Assembly: GCA_964643615.1 (NCBI GenBank)
Contig: CAZXTR010000001.1
Location: forward strand, 1,923 to 65,922
From: an uncultured Lactobacillales bacterium
GTDB lineage: Bacteria; Pseudomonadota; Alphaproteobacteria; CAAHEQ01; UBA3637
DNA length: 64,000 nucleotides
Direction: 5' to 3'
Shown: piece by piece, positions 43,419 to 53,719 of the stretch
Numbering within the stretch: position 1 is the stretch's first letter
Layout: each line of letters starts with the position of its first letter
Program-made: the position numbers and the translations under genes
The notes under the pieces: generated by a model
Database searches by the model: none
The model's input: only the letters and a program-made list of their open reading frames with translations
What the model was told of the DNA's origin: nothing

Positions 43419-45272
43419 ATGATTGATTTAAACGATGTTACTTTACGAATTGCCGGAAAAACGTTATTAGAAAATGCAAACGCACATTTGCCTAGCCGTA
43501 AAAAAGTTGGCTTCGTCGGATTTAACGGATGCGGGAAGTCAACACTTTTCAAAGCAATTCAAGATGAAATTTCTTTAGAATGCGGAACTATTTCTAAACC
43601 AAAAAATGACAAATTGGTTTTTATGACTCAAGAAATAAAGGATACTACCGTCCTTTTATTGCCTTTCATTTTATCGCAAGATAAGGAAAGAACTGAACTT
43701 TTAAAAAAACTGGAAACAGCTTCAAATATAGAACTACCTGGGATCTATGAACGTTTGTACGCCATTGGGGCCAGCAGTGCCGAAGCAAGGGCTTGTCATA
43801 TATTAAAAGGGTTGGGATTTATTGAAAAAGAGTTCAATCGACCATTAAGTGAATTTTCTGGTGGATGGCAAATGCGTGTTGTTTTGGGAGCAACATTATT
43901 CCAACCTTCGGATATTTTATTATTGGATGAACCTACTAATCATTTAGATTTAGAAAGTGCACTTTGGTTAATGAGCTTTTTACAAAAATACAAAGGGACT
44001 TTGTTGTTGATTTCTCATGACCGCTCTTTTTTAAACCAACTGTGCAATATAATTGTCCATTTCGAAAGCAAAAAATTATTTACTTATAGTGGCAATTACG
44101 ATTGCTATATTCGCACACGATCCGAACAAAAAAACTTACAACAAAAGATGCTTGAAAAACAAAAAGCTAAGCAGGCGCATTTAAAATCTTTCATCGACCG
44201 TTTCAGATACAAAGCAACAAAAGCAAAGCAAGCTCAAAGCCGGATCAAGCAATTGGAAAAAATATCTTTGGACCTTGTCGAATATGAAACTGCGTTTACG
44301 CATTTTGAATTCCCAGAACCATCCGATTTGAGTTCGCCTATTGTTCACATGGATACCGTATCAACAGGTTATGACGATAAAATCGTTTTAAAAAATTTGA
44401 ACTTGAAAATCGATAAAGACGATAAAATTGCATTACTTGGCGCGAACGGAAACGGGAAATCCACTTTGGCAAAATTAATCAATGGATTATTACCAGTCAA
44501 AGAAGGGAAAATGAGCATTGCTCCGAAATTAAGAATCGGTTATTTTGCACAACACCAAACCGAGGTTTTGCCATTCGGGGAAACACCTGTTTCTTACATT
44601 GCTTCTTTAATGCCCTTAACAAACGAAACAAAAATCAGAACGCATTTGGCTCGTTTTGGACTTGGCGATCAAAAGGCATTAACCGTCATCAGCCAACTTT
44701 CTGGCGGAGAAAAAGCACGCTTGCTTTTTGCGGGGATTACATGTAACAACCCTCAATTATTGATTTTAGACGAACCTAGCAACCATTTAGATATTGAATC
44801 TCGAGAGGGGTTAATGGAGGCTTTAAATATTTACAAAGGTGCTGTATTATTAGTGACGCACGATTTACATTTGATTGAAACCGTGGCCGATAGATTGTGG
44901 GTTGTTAATCATCAAACATGCGTGCCTTTTGATGAGGATATTTCTGCATATCAAAAAAATATCTCGGACGAAAATAGAACTCCTTCGACTTTAAAAGTCG
45001 TTAACAAAAATTCTTCCACTCCGAAGGAAAAACGTCGACAACAAACTTTAAAATTTCAAACCTTAAAACCAATAAAAGATAAAATTGAAAAGCTGGAAAC
45101 AGAAATGGAATATAATCAAACAAGACAAAAAGAAATTGAAAAAGCTTTCCTAAATACGCCAACACCAAAGCAAATAGTCGAATTGCAAAAAGAATTGTCT
45201 TTGTTAAAAAAACGTCAATCTGAAAAAGAAAATCAATGGATACTTTTAAACGAAAAATTGGAAATAGAATAA
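43419..45272 (+). CDS. ABC-F family ATPase (two ABC domains, no TM domain)
   Basis: 617 aa with tandem Walker A motifs (GFNGCGKST, GANGNGKST), ABC signature LSGGWQMR / LSGGEKAR, and a coiled-coil C-terminal extension. Confidence 0.8.
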   Translation: MIDLNDVTLRIAGKTLLENANAHLPSRKKVGFVGFNGCGKSTLFKAIQDEISLECGTISKPKNDKLVFMTQEIKDTTVLLLPFILSQDKERTELLKKLETASNIELPGIYERLYAIGASSAEARACHILKGLGFIEKEFNRPLSEFSGGWQMRVVLGATLFQPSDILLLDEPTNHLDLESALWLMSFLQKYKGTLLLISHDRSFLNQLCNIIVHFESKKLFTYSGNYDCYIRTRSEQKNLQQKMLEKQKAKQAHLKSFIDRFRYKATKAKQAQSRIKQLEKISLDLVEYETAFTHFEFPEPSDLSSPIVHMDTVSTGYDDKIVLKNLNLKIDKDDKIALLGANGNGKSTLAKLINGLLPVKEGKMSIAPKLRIGYFAQHQTEVLPFGETPVSYIASLMPLTNETKIRTHLARFGLGDQKALTVISQLSGGEKARLLFAGITCNNPQLLILDEPSNHLDIESREGLMEALNIYKGAVLLVTHDLHLIETVADRLWVVNHQTCVPFDEDISAYQKNISDENRTPSTLKVVNKNSSTPKEKRRQQTLKFQTLKPIKDKIEKLETEMEYNQTRQKEIEKAFLNTPTPKQIVELQKELSLLKKRQSEKENQWILLNEKLEIE

Positions 45273-45371
45273 TAAAATTTTGTACCCATACGCTTTATTT
45301 TTCACCACTACAACAAGCAAAACTTAAAGCGTTATCGTTTTTCTTATTGTAGATTCTTTTGAATAAAAATT

Positions 45372-46061
45372 TTATGGTAATTTTCTTTTCATTTGATGGT
45401 GTTGAACCAAAGCAATTATAAACAAAAGGGGTAACATCACTTCTAGTCCCTCTTCAATCCAGGCGAAAAAAAAGAACACTTCCGGAGAAAGGTGGTTGCC
45501 CGTTTTCTTTACAAAATGAGAAGGGAACCTATCCGCGAATTTACACACCACTAACGCCCCAAAAAAACACCATAATGTCCACGCAATCGGATTTAATTTG
45601 AAAAAGTTTTTCCAAATCCACGGCACGTACTTTATCAACAAATAGACAATTATCGACAAAACAACCAATAACAAAACAAGGGTAAAAATCTTTTCTTCCA
45701 ATGGGTTTTCTGGGTTCGTAAAAAATCGAATCTTAATGGCGGTTGTATCTTTTGACGGAATCCAATGTTGGATGCCCGCCTCTCGCAAAAGCGCACAAAG
45801 CCATAAAAAGAAGAACATCACATAATTACGTCGTAAAGTGGGGGTATCAAAATCACGATACAATACCAACATAACAAGCAATGCAAAGCCGTAACTTATA
45901 TATGTTAAAAAGTCGCAAAATTGCCAATCTTCAAAAAAATGAGTATATCCTTTTACAAAAGAAAAAAATGCAATACCTCCCAAGCATAGCATAAAAAATA
46001 CCATAACAATTGGGGAGAAGAAAGAGCTTAAAATATATTTTTTCATTTTCCCAGATTTCAT
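45372..46061 (-). CDS. Hypothetical polytopic membrane protein
   Basis: 229 aa with about 6 hydrophobic helices. No family recognised. Confidence 0.5.
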   Translation of the reverse strand: MKSGKMKKYILSSFFSPIVMVFFMLCLGGIAFFSFVKGYTHFFEDWQFCDFLTYISYGFALLVMLVLYRDFDTPTLRRNYVMFFFLWLCALLREAGIQHWIPSKDTTAIKIRFFTNPENPLEEKIFTLVLLLVVLSIIVYLLIKYVPWIWKNFFKLNPIAWTLWCFFGALVVCKFADRFPSHFVKKTGNHLSPEVFFFFAWIEEGLEVMLPLLFIIALVQHHQMKRKLP

Positions 46062-46150
46062 AACTCGTTATATTATGTAGCATTTTTTTGCTATCTTGCC
46101 AAGGGAAAAAGAAACTTATTAAAGATTCTTTTTCCCTTAAACCCAATTAA

Positions 46151-47410
46151 CTAAAAAGAATATTGATATTGAATACCAATTAAACTAGATTGCAAATGTT
46201 TGTATTTAACTTTTGTCGCCGTTGAATCACTTGTTTCCAAAGCTGTTGCTGTCCTTCCAAACATGTGCGCATATGCAAAATCCAATTGCCAATTATCTTG
46301 CATGTAGGAAAATCCTGCGCTGATCCACCAACGATCATTATCTGGAATGCGAACTGTCCGCGATATATTGTTGTGAGCAGGACTTTCATCCCAACCCGTA
46401 CCACAACGCAACGTCCAATTTTCGTTTTTATAATAATCCAACCCTGCTGTCAACGTCCAGGTGTTATCATAATTATAATTTGACCGTTTCCCCGATTTTA
46501 AAGTAGGCACTGCTTGAAAAAGACGACTTTCAGAACTCATTACAAATTCCGGGAAAGATTGGCTCCAATGCGTCCATCTAGCCGTTCCAGAAAAGCCATA
46601 CCTATCATATTTTTGGTACGCTGATAAAGTGACTGTTTCTGGTAAAGCTGGCGATGCACGACCTGTCGCTGTTTGATTAAAGAGGTCAACCAAAGAAGGA
46701 TTCGACGTTAAAACCGAACCATCATTCCCTTTGATTTCATGATCTCCCTTGACTTGTTGTGTCGAACGAAGCCGATAAGATAATCCTATCCTTGTATCTT
46801 TGGCTGGTCTATAAATAACGCCAAACGCCGCCGTTTTTGTCCAACCATCTAACTCAAAATCGCTATATCCGCCCCCCAAAGCGGACAACAAAGTGTTTGT
46901 CATATGCCCGTAAATGTAACGTGCGATTAAGCTTACACCTATAGACCATTGATCATTGACTTGATATGAAATAGCCGGAGCAATATCAATAATATCCAAT
47001 TTTGATAAAATAGCCGTGTCGTGGCCAAACCAATCTGCATTATATTGCGTTTTCAAACCAAACGGCGCATAAACGCCAAGACCGACTGTCCAATTATTAT
47101 TTAATTTATATTGCGCAAAAATATTAGGAATCGGCGCCCAAAAATTCATTTTTTCTTCATTGTTATTACCAATCTCATGGACCTCTGCCCTAATATTTAC
47201 CATTGTCAGTCCTAATTGTGCACCAGATCCTTTTAATCCCATTCCGGCAGGGTTGAATACAATTGCTGAAAAATCATCTCCGACAACACCTGCGCCTGCA
47301 TAAGCACGACCAAGTCCCGTCACAGAGTAATCATTTAATTGATAACTCCCAGCTATCGCGGGCAAAGAACAGCATGTTGCTAAAAGCACAACCAAACATT
47401 TTTTAATCAT
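46151..47410 (-). CDS. FadL/TodX-family outer-membrane hydrophobic-compound transporter
   Basis: Signal peptide MIKKCLVVLLATCCSLPAIA, N-terminal hatch motif and an amphipathic beta-strand pattern. The C-terminal Phe (QYQYSF) is typical of OM beta-barrels. Start set at ATG 47408-47410 with RBS AAGGAG. Confidence 0.7.
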   Translation of the reverse strand: MIKKCLVVLLATCCSLPAIAGSYQLNDYSVTGLGRAYAGAGVVGDDFSAIVFNPAGMGLKGSGAQLGLTMVNIRAEVHEIGNNNEEKMNFWAPIPNIFAQYKLNNNWTVGLGVYAPFGLKTQYNADWFGHDTAILSKLDIIDIAPAISYQVNDQWSIGVSLIARYIYGHMTNTLLSALGGGYSDFELDGWTKTAAFGVIYRPAKDTRIGLSYRLRSTQQVKGDHEIKGNDGSVLTSNPSLVDLFNQTATGRASPALPETVTLSAYQKYDRYGFSGTARWTHWSQSFPEFVMSSESRLFQAVPTLKSGKRSNYNYDNTWTLTAGLDYYKNENWTLRCGTGWDESPAHNNISRTVRIPDNDRWWISAGFSYMQDNWQLDFAYAHMFGRTATALETSDSTATKVKYKHLQSSLIGIQYQYSF

Positions 47411-48043
47411 ATAAAACTCCTTTTTAAAAAATAACACCTCATTTTATGTAATCGAAAAAAGATTGCAACCATTTTGTCACAAAAGCGTCATACAAAATGA
47501 CAATTCCTTCAATATGAACACTTAACAAAATAGATAAAAGTCCTAGCTTCTATATTAAATCTTTTTTTATAGAGGATATATAGCGGGAAAACAATCTTTG
47601 AGCATCGTCTTCTTTATTAAATTAAAAGTATCGAATTTTGAATAGCTGTAGATACTAGATAACCTCATCAATCAATAGATGTTGTTTATTTACCTCAAGA
47701 TGGCTCACAAGCTTTATTTTTTGCAAAAAGAAATGCCGTCTATTGGATAAATGCTTTTCAAAAACAATACATTTTTGTCCAGGGTTTTCATCCTTTAACC
47801 AAAGGGCTTTGAATAATTTTTCAGCACAAATATACGAAACCGATTTTAACAAATTCAGATAAAAAGGCTTTAGCCCTAAAAAAGTAATTATATTGTTGCG
47901 TTATAAAATCCTCAATAAGATTTTCGCTCGCACTTTATGTAGGTGCATCTGTTAAGATAATTTTTATTTTTTAACTAAATATTCATAAAATTCACACTAT
48001 CCTTAGCGGAGGCAGTAGCTTTTCAAATAAGAAAGGATGAGAA

Positions 48044-48922
48044 ATGACTGGCAATGATGTAAAACCATTTGGGATGCCTGAAGAAAATAAAAATGAACAG
48101 ACGGCATCTCCTGAAGTAGAAAAATCTGAAGAAAAAAAGGGTTTCAAAAAAGAGCTGAATAAAAAAATTTTTAGTCAGTTAAGAAAAAAATGGGCCGTTT
48201 GGGTTGCTGCAGTTGGGGTCGCTGTGGGTGGTATAGCTCTTTTGAATAAAGATAAGGGAGATGAAAATACAAACACCCCAAAAGAATCTATGACGGGGAA
48301 AAGTTTTGAAATGAACGGAGCTGAAGGCAATTTAGATGCACTTGTGGGCAATACAACCACAAACTCAACAACCATCATACCAGAAGTTGTTCAACCGGAA
48401 ACAATGGCAACCAATGCCACAACCATCACACCAGAGGTCATTCACCCAGAAACCATTACAAACAACGTAATAACTGTTATGCCAGATATTGCTCAATCGA
48501 TGGAGAATGTAGCGCCGGAAGTGAATGCCAATATGCCCGACTTTGATCAAAGAGATCTTAAGGACCAGCAGATTGAACGTCCATCACCTCGAGAGCGTTA
48601 TTTATCACAGAGAATTGAAGGTCCGTCGCTTCGAGAGCGTTATTTGTCACAGCGAATTGAACGTCCATCACCTCGAGAGCGTTATTCATCGCTTAAAGAT
48701 CTACGGATTGAGCAGGCTAATAATCCTCAAGTAAATGGGATACTAGTCCCTATACAGGAAGAAACAAAAGAAAAATATAACGAAAGATTAGAACGACACA
48801 ATACATTTTTAAATGGAGCAAATAGAAATCCTGTCCGATCCTATTTTGAATTGACACCGCAAGAACAAACGGATTTTAACACTACCCTTCGTCAATTAGT
48901 TCAATCACCTAGAACAAGGTAA
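48044..48922 (+). CDS. Hypothetical secreted/membrane-anchored protein with two blocks of in-frame tandem repeats
   Basis: N-terminal charged region then a TM/signal (AVWVAAVGVAVGGIALL). Roughly 17-aa repeats (TTI[IT]PEV[VI][QH]PET...) and three 14-aa repeats (IERPSPRERYLSQR). Confidence 0.55.
   Translation: MTGNDVKPFGMPEENKNEQTASPEVEKSEEKKGFKKELNKKIFSQLRKKWAVWVAAVGVAVGGIALLNKDKGDENTNTPKESMTGKSFEMNGAEGNLDALVGNTTTNSTTIIPEVVQPETMATNATTITPEVIHPETITNNVITVMPDIAQSMENVAPEVNANMPDFDQRDLKDQQIERPSPRERYLSQRIEGPSLRERYLSQRIERPSPRERYSSLKDLRIEQANNPQVNGILVPIQEETKEKYNERLERHNTFLNGANRNPVRSYFELTPQEQTDFNTTLRQLVQSPRTR
48572..48697 (+). repeat. Three 42-bp in-frame tandem repeats inside the preceding CDS
   Basis: The repeat ATTGAACGTCCATCACCTCGAGAGCGTTATTTATCACAGAGA occurs three times with a few substitutions, encoding IERPSPRERYLSQR, IEGPSLRERYLSQR and IERPSPRERYSSLK. 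Confidence 0.8.
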
Positions 48923-48940
48923 ATGAAAGGAGTTTTTATT

Positions 48941-49441
48941 ATGAATGATAAAAAAACAAATAAAGTGCCTCAAAAAGCATCTCGATTAAAAGGAGCTTTA
49001 GCTGCCGCTTTGATTACCGCAAGTAGTTTCCTTCCACAAGGAAATGCTGAAGCTAGTGATGCGGACACAAAGCCTTTGCCTCCAGATAATACCACACAAA
49101 CTACGCAAAACAGCCCCTCAGATCAAGGTGAGGTCCTTCCCCAAAACCCAGGGGAGTCGGAAAAAGATTACAATAAGCGATTAGAAAAAGAAAACAAGCA
49201 ACGTAAAAAATTGGGGCTAAATCTTCATATTTCAGCTTTCATCAATTTGAATTGTCACCCTCGTATGCCTCGTCCACGAATCGTCCGAGCCGTTCCAGCA
49301 CCGCGCCCACGAATCCTCCACACTGTTCCAACACCACATGCTATTCCCATGGTTGGAGCACAAGTTGTCGTTCAAGGAAAAGACACTACTGTTGCTGTAG
49401 GGGCTACTTTTATTAACAAAACCAGAAAAGGAAGGCGATAG
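48941..49441 (+). CDS. Hypothetical secreted protein with a Pro/Arg-rich repeat C-terminus
   Basis: Signal peptide (KGALAAALITASSFLPQGNAEA) and repeated PRPRIVRAVPA / PRPRILHTVPT. Start at the Met with RBS AAAGGAG. Confidence 0.5.
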   Translation: MNDKKTNKVPQKASRLKGALAAALITASSFLPQGNAEASDADTKPLPPDNTTQTTQNSPSDQGEVLPQNPGESEKDYNKRLEKENKQRKKLGLNLHISAFINLNCHPRMPRPRIVRAVPAPRPRILHTVPTPHAIPMVGAQVVVQGKDTTVAVGATFINKTRKGRR

Positions 49442-49547
49442 TCTTCCCCTCTTCAAAAAAAGAGCTCTTGTCATCAAGGATTTTTTCCCTTGCTTTTTCT
49501 TAAAAAAAAAGCACTATACTTACTTATCAAGTTTGAAAGGATAAATT

Positions 49548-50408
49548 ATGGGAGAAAAAGCAATTCATGGTGAAGAATATGAAGTATTAAAACAAAAATC
49601 AACACCAAAAAAAGTTGCACGTATTTTCATTTTTATTTGGATGATTTTCGTGATGACACCTGTTCTTTCTTTTTTAATCACGCAAAATGTTAAAATTAAA
49701 GAATACCTAATCGTTCGAAGCATTTATGAGCTGCATCATTCCTTAATGCAACAATATCAGGACTTTTCAAGTGAAATTATTAATAAAATAGATATTTCAA
49801 AGTATGTTGAAAAAATTGAAGTTCCTGATATTAAATTAGATGCCGTTTCTAAAACAACAACTAAAGTTCAACAAACAACACAAGTCCTTGCTCAATTAGG
49901 CATAAAACAGGCAGATTATATCGAACAAAAGACAAATCAGCTACAAAAACAAATAGACTTGGTTAACCAACAAATTCAACAGAAAACCGCTACTATTCAA
50001 AAAACTTTACAATTAGACATTCAGACAGCTTTAAAAAAAGAAGTTTCTGAATTCGCAGATTTGCAAATCAAAAAACAGATACGTTTAACCGATTCGGCTT
50101 ATGATAATTTAATACACAACCGCTTTGGATTTATAAATAATAAAGATGTAACGCATTCTATATATCAAGAACTTGAAAAAAACAGTTTTAGCACAATGGG
50201 CAAAATAATTTCCATCACTAATATAGCTTTTCTTTGGATTTCTTTAGGGGTAATTTTGGTTGCTTTTACTTTGTTACTTCTTCCTATTATTGCTAGTTGG
50301 TGGTTGGCCAAAAAATTATCGAGCAATTTCACCCAATGCCCTTATTGCAGAAAAGTGTTTTTATCTACACAAGGCAAGTTTAATTTCATCAAATTATTAA
50401 AGGGTTAA
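49548..50408 (+). CDS. Hypothetical membrane protein with a central Q/K-rich coiled-coil
   Basis: TM helices near both ends (IFIFIWMIFVMTPVLSFLI; IAFLWISLGVILVAFTLLLLPIIASWWL) and a central heptad-like Q/K/L-rich region. A C-terminal CPYC pair is present. Confidence 0.5.
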   Translation: MGEKAIHGEEYEVLKQKSTPKKVARIFIFIWMIFVMTPVLSFLITQNVKIKEYLIVRSIYELHHSLMQQYQDFSSEIINKIDISKYVEKIEVPDIKLDAVSKTTTKVQQTTQVLAQLGIKQADYIEQKTNQLQKQIDLVNQQIQQKTATIQKTLQLDIQTALKKEVSEFADLQIKKQIRLTDSAYDNLIHNRFGFINNKDVTHSIYQELEKNSFSTMGKIISITNIAFLWISLGVILVAFTLLLLPIIASWWLAKKLSSNFTQCPYCRKVFLSTQGKFNFIKLLKG

Positions 50409-51034
50409 TCCTCTAGCCAAATACTGCTGAATTGACGCTCTGTGTTCAAAGGATCTCGGCGATAGCTATTGTATTTAACATTAGGATAGGTATCTATATC
50501 GATAATGTCAATATTTTTAATCCCCGCCAAGGTTAATCGATAGGCTGCATAAGCGGGCAAATTAAAATGTTCGGCATCTAGATATTTTTTAAAAAAAGGA
50601 CTTTCATCCATGGAAAAAAGTGTTTTCATATATTCAGTAATGGGATAACTTTCTTCGTGGATACAGGGGCCTATAGCTACCACTATGTTTTCTATCTTTG
50701 CACCCAGACGCACCATAGCTAACAATGTTTGATCTGTCACCCCTTTTAAACACCCTTTCCAACCTGCATGCGCAGCACCAACAACTTTATTTTGGACATC
50801 TGCGAATAAAACTGGGGCGCAATCCGCGGTCCTCAAAGTCAATGGGATACCCTTTTGTTTTGTCACTAAAGCATCTGCCGACGGAAATTGTTGTTGAAGG
50901 GGATTCATCACTTCAACAACCCTAAATGAATGTATTTGCGTTAACATTAATGGGTTTTTTAATTGTGATGAATCTATTGCGTCAAAAAATCCGTGACCGA
51001 TGCCTTTTTGATCCAAAATGAAACTTTTTTCCAT
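50405..51034 (-). CDS. pgeF: Purine nucleoside phosphorylase/laccase-domain protein YfiH (PgeF)
   Basis: DUF152 motifs ADALVT, LRTADCAPVLFAD, GAAHAGWKGCLKGV. The start is uncertain; an internal Met was chosen because the long ORF overlaps the upstream gene. Confidence 0.7.
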   Translation of the reverse strand: MEKSFILDQKGIGHGFFDAIDSSQLKNPLMLTQIHSFRVVEVMNPLQQQFPSADALVTKQKGIPLTLRTADCAPVLFADVQNKVVGAAHAGWKGCLKGVTDQTLLAMVRLGAKIENIVVAIGPCIHEESYPITEYMKTLFSMDESPFFKKYLDAEHFNLPAYAAYRLTLAGIKNIDIIDIDTYPNVKYNSYRRDPLNTERQFSSIWLED

Positions 51035-51701
51035 GACGTTTTTTCCTTTTTTTCTTATGTTTTTTCCGATGTAAGATTTGTGGGATATGCGGATGAATGA
51101 TAGATTGCGTTGCCGACACCAATTTTTGTCGCCAATAATGCCTTTTTTCTTGGGCATGGCCCCTTTTTTCTTGCCACTTTGTGATAAATTTTAAACTCCA
51201 TCGATAACTAAGCCACCCCAAAATAACTGCCCATGGTAAGCATCCTAATGCCATCGCCAACCCCCAATCTTGCAATAACATTTTAAAAAAAAGAGATATC
51301 GATTCCCATGCCGAATAATCTCCCATAAAGGTTTCTTGCGTAATGGCTTTTACTTTATTCCATCCTGTGATATTTGTCCAGTCCCCCATCATGATTTTAC
51401 CCGTTACGTAAAAAACATAATAAAAAGGAATCATTGTAAAAACATTCGTTACCCATGTAAAGGCAATCGCTATCGGCAACGAAAAATGCCATTTAAAACA
51501 TTTTTTAGCAACAATCCACGTCAAAAAAACTGTCGTCATTTGAATACCCACTAAAGGGGTAAATGCCCACATCATGCCGACTAAAACTCCGCGAGCTAAC
51601 ACCACCGGATCTTGTACACTTCGTTTCAAAGGGACAACTAACCGAAACCGAACAGGGCGAATTATCCTTACAAATAAAGAAATGTCTTTTTCTTTTTTCA
51701 T
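50982..51701 (-). CDS. DUF2062-like membrane protein with a His/Lys/Arg-rich C-terminal tail
   Basis: RGVLVGMMWAFTPLVGIQ...NVFTMIPFYY pattern as in DUF2062. Roughly 50-aa polybasic C-terminus. It lies between lgt and pgeF. Confidence 0.5.
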   Translation of the reverse strand: MKKEKDISLFVRIIRPVRFRLVVPLKRSVQDPVVLARGVLVGMMWAFTPLVGIQMTTVFLTWIVAKKCFKWHFSLPIAIAFTWVTNVFTMIPFYYVFYVTGKIMMGDWTNITGWNKVKAITQETFMGDYSAWESISLFFKMLLQDWGLAMALGCLPWAVILGWLSYRWSLKFITKWQEKRGHAQEKRHYWRQKLVSATQSIIHPHIPQILHRKKHKKKRKKRHGKKFHFGSKRHRSRIF

Positions 51702-52534
51702 GACTTATCCTTTCGTTCTAAAACTTGACGAAAACGTGTCCGTGGAGATGAACGATATACAAGCCATATGCCAAATAAAAGCATAGGAACACACAACCAT
51801 TGTCCCATTGTTAAATGAGCCGTTAAAAAACCTAAATGTGCGTCTGGTTGACGGAAAAATTCTAAACCAAAACGCATAACGCTATACAAAACAAAAAAAA
51901 GACCGCATGTGAGCCCGTATCTATCTCTATATTTTTTTACTCCCCACCAAAGGATGTTTAAAATAACAAATAATAATAGACCTTCGCAAAGAGCTTCGTA
52001 TAATTGACTGGGATGGCGCGGAATATCTCCACCTAGTGGGAAAATAATTGCCCATGGGACAACATGTGTTGGCCGACCAAACAATTCTCCGTTAGAAAAA
52101 TTAGCAAGACGTCCTAAAAACAAACCTATAGGCGCGACAACGGATAACATATCTCCTACCATGAACATATTGATACCTTTTTTTTTCGCAAAAAGATAGG
52201 TCATAACAATCATACCAACCAATCCACCATGGAATGACATGCCCCCTTCCCACAAATATAAAATATGCCACGGATATTCCCAATAATACATTGCTTGGTA
52301 AAACAAAACATATCCCAAGCGACCACCCAATATAATACCTCCAATGGACCAAACCAAAAAATCATCTATTTTCAATACCGTAAATTCCGAATGCATCTTT
52401 TGTGACATAAAACGGAGTAATCCCCAAGCTCCTAATAACCCAAAGATATACGCTAACGAATACCAACGAATAGCAAAAAAACCTATTTGAAAAGCCACAG
52501 GGTCTATATCGGGGAAAATGATTCCTTCATACAT
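51698..52534 (-). CDS. lgt: Prolipoprotein diacylglyceryl transferase
   Basis: N-terminal IDPVAFQIGFFAIRWYSLAYIFG, the Lgt signature region (GGRLGYVLFYQ), 278 aa. Confidence 0.9.
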   Translation of the reverse strand: MYEGIIFPDIDPVAFQIGFFAIRWYSLAYIFGLLGAWGLLRFMSQKMHSEFTVLKIDDFLVWSIGGIILGGRLGYVLFYQAMYYWEYPWHILYLWEGGMSFHGGLVGMIVMTYLFAKKKGINMFMVGDMLSVVAPIGLFLGRLANFSNGELFGRPTHVVPWAIIFPLGGDIPRHPSQLYEALCEGLLLFVILNILWWGVKKYRDRYGLTCGLFFVLYSVMRFGLEFFRQPDAHLGFLTAHLTMGQWLCVPMLLFGIWLVYRSSPRTRFRQVLERKDKS

Positions 52535-52657
52535 ACTTTTTCCTTTCTTTTTACATTATATTGTGAAACAAAAATACTCGCAAGAATTTTATCTTTGAAA
52601 ACTGACTTGATTTTTTCATTTCAAACGTATAGCTTAGAAGAATAATAGGAGGTAGCT

Positions 52658-53653
52658 ATGACAAAAAAAACATCTGTGATAGGCGTGGGTATTTGGGGAA
52701 CCGCTTTAGCCATCACAGCACAAAGAGCGGGCAACGAAGTGCTTTGTTGGGCTCGAGAAGACGAAGTCGTGCAATCTATTAACAACCAACATGTTAATCA
52801 TTTGTTTTTACCAGACATTCCCTTACCAGAGCACATCCAAGCAACTTCAGACATTCAAAAAGCGATTGAATTTTCTGATATTTTGTTGTTGGTTGTTTCG
52901 TCGCAACATACGCGTTCAATTTTAGAAACTATAAAACCTTTTATAGGGAACAATAAAACTATTGTGCTTTGTGCCAAGGGTATCGAAATTAAAACTGGTT
53001 GCATTTTAAGTGAAGTTCTTCAACAAGTCATGCCTGGCCAAATTTGCGCTGTATTGTCCGGAGGTGGTTTTGCTTATGAAGTCGCTTTAAAAAAGCCAAC
53101 CGCCGTTACCATAGCTTGCCCTGAAAAGGGATGCACACAAAAATTGGTTGAAACAATGGGAAGTCAATATTTTCGACCTTATTCTTCCAACGATATTATA
53201 TCTCCGCAAATTGGCGGTAGTGTGAAAAATGTCATTGCTATTGCATCAGGGTGCGTTGAAGGTCTGAACTTAGGCGATAATGCTCGCGCAGCATTAATTA
53301 CTCGCGGGTTAAGCGAAATGACACGACTTGCCAAAGCTTTGGGTGGGCATATGCACACCATGATGGGTATGTGTGGGTTAGGCGATTTAATTTTAACAGC
53401 GAATTGCACACAGAGTCGTAATTTTTCTTTCGGATTTGAACTTGGGCAAAAAGGTAATGCTCAAGAAATATTGCAAAATAATACACGAACGATAGAAGGT
53501 ATTTATACCGCGCCTGCCGTATTGAAAAGAGCTCATGAATTAAATGTAGAAATGCCTATTTGTGAAATGGTAAATGCCGTATTGAATGGAAAGCCTTTGG
53601 AAAGGGCAATAGATGAATTATTGTCTCGCCCTTTTAAAAACGAAGACATTTAA
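52658..53653 (+). CDS. gpsA: NAD(P)H-dependent glycerol-3-phosphate dehydrogenase
   Basis: N-terminal Rossmann GVGIWGTALA and GpsA C-terminal domain motifs. Confidence 0.9.
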   Translation: MTKKTSVIGVGIWGTALAITAQRAGNEVLCWAREDEVVQSINNQHVNHLFLPDIPLPEHIQATSDIQKAIEFSDILLLVVSSQHTRSILETIKPFIGNNKTIVLCAKGIEIKTGCILSEVLQQVMPGQICAVLSGGGFAYEVALKKPTAVTIACPEKGCTQKLVETMGSQYFRPYSSNDIISPQIGGSVKNVIAIASGCVEGLNLGDNARAALITRGLSEMTRLAKALGGHMHTMMGMCGLGDLILTANCTQSRNFSFGFELGQKGNAQEILQNNTRTIEGIYTAPAVLKRAHELNVEMPICEMVNAVLNGKPLERAIDELLSRPFKNEDI

Positions 53654-53674
53654 TCCAATTACACCAATTACATC

Positions 53675-53706
53675 AAAAAAGCCCCTTTACTAGGGGCTTT
53701 TTTATT
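53675..53706. terminator. Bidirectional rho-independent terminator between convergent gpsA and pnp
   Basis: AAAAAAGCCCCT-TTAC-TAGGGGCTTTTTT: an 8-bp GC-rich stem flanked by an A-run and a T-run. Confidence 0.8.
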
Positions 53707-53719
53707 AGGCTTTTTCCGT

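Noticed and set aside
48572-48697. Regularly spaced direct repeats, considered as a possible CRISPR array
   Set aside because: The repeats are contiguous with no spacers, in frame, and encode a repeated peptide inside a CDS. This is a coding tandem repeat, not a CRISPR array. No CRISPR-like repeat-spacer structure was seen anywhere in the window.
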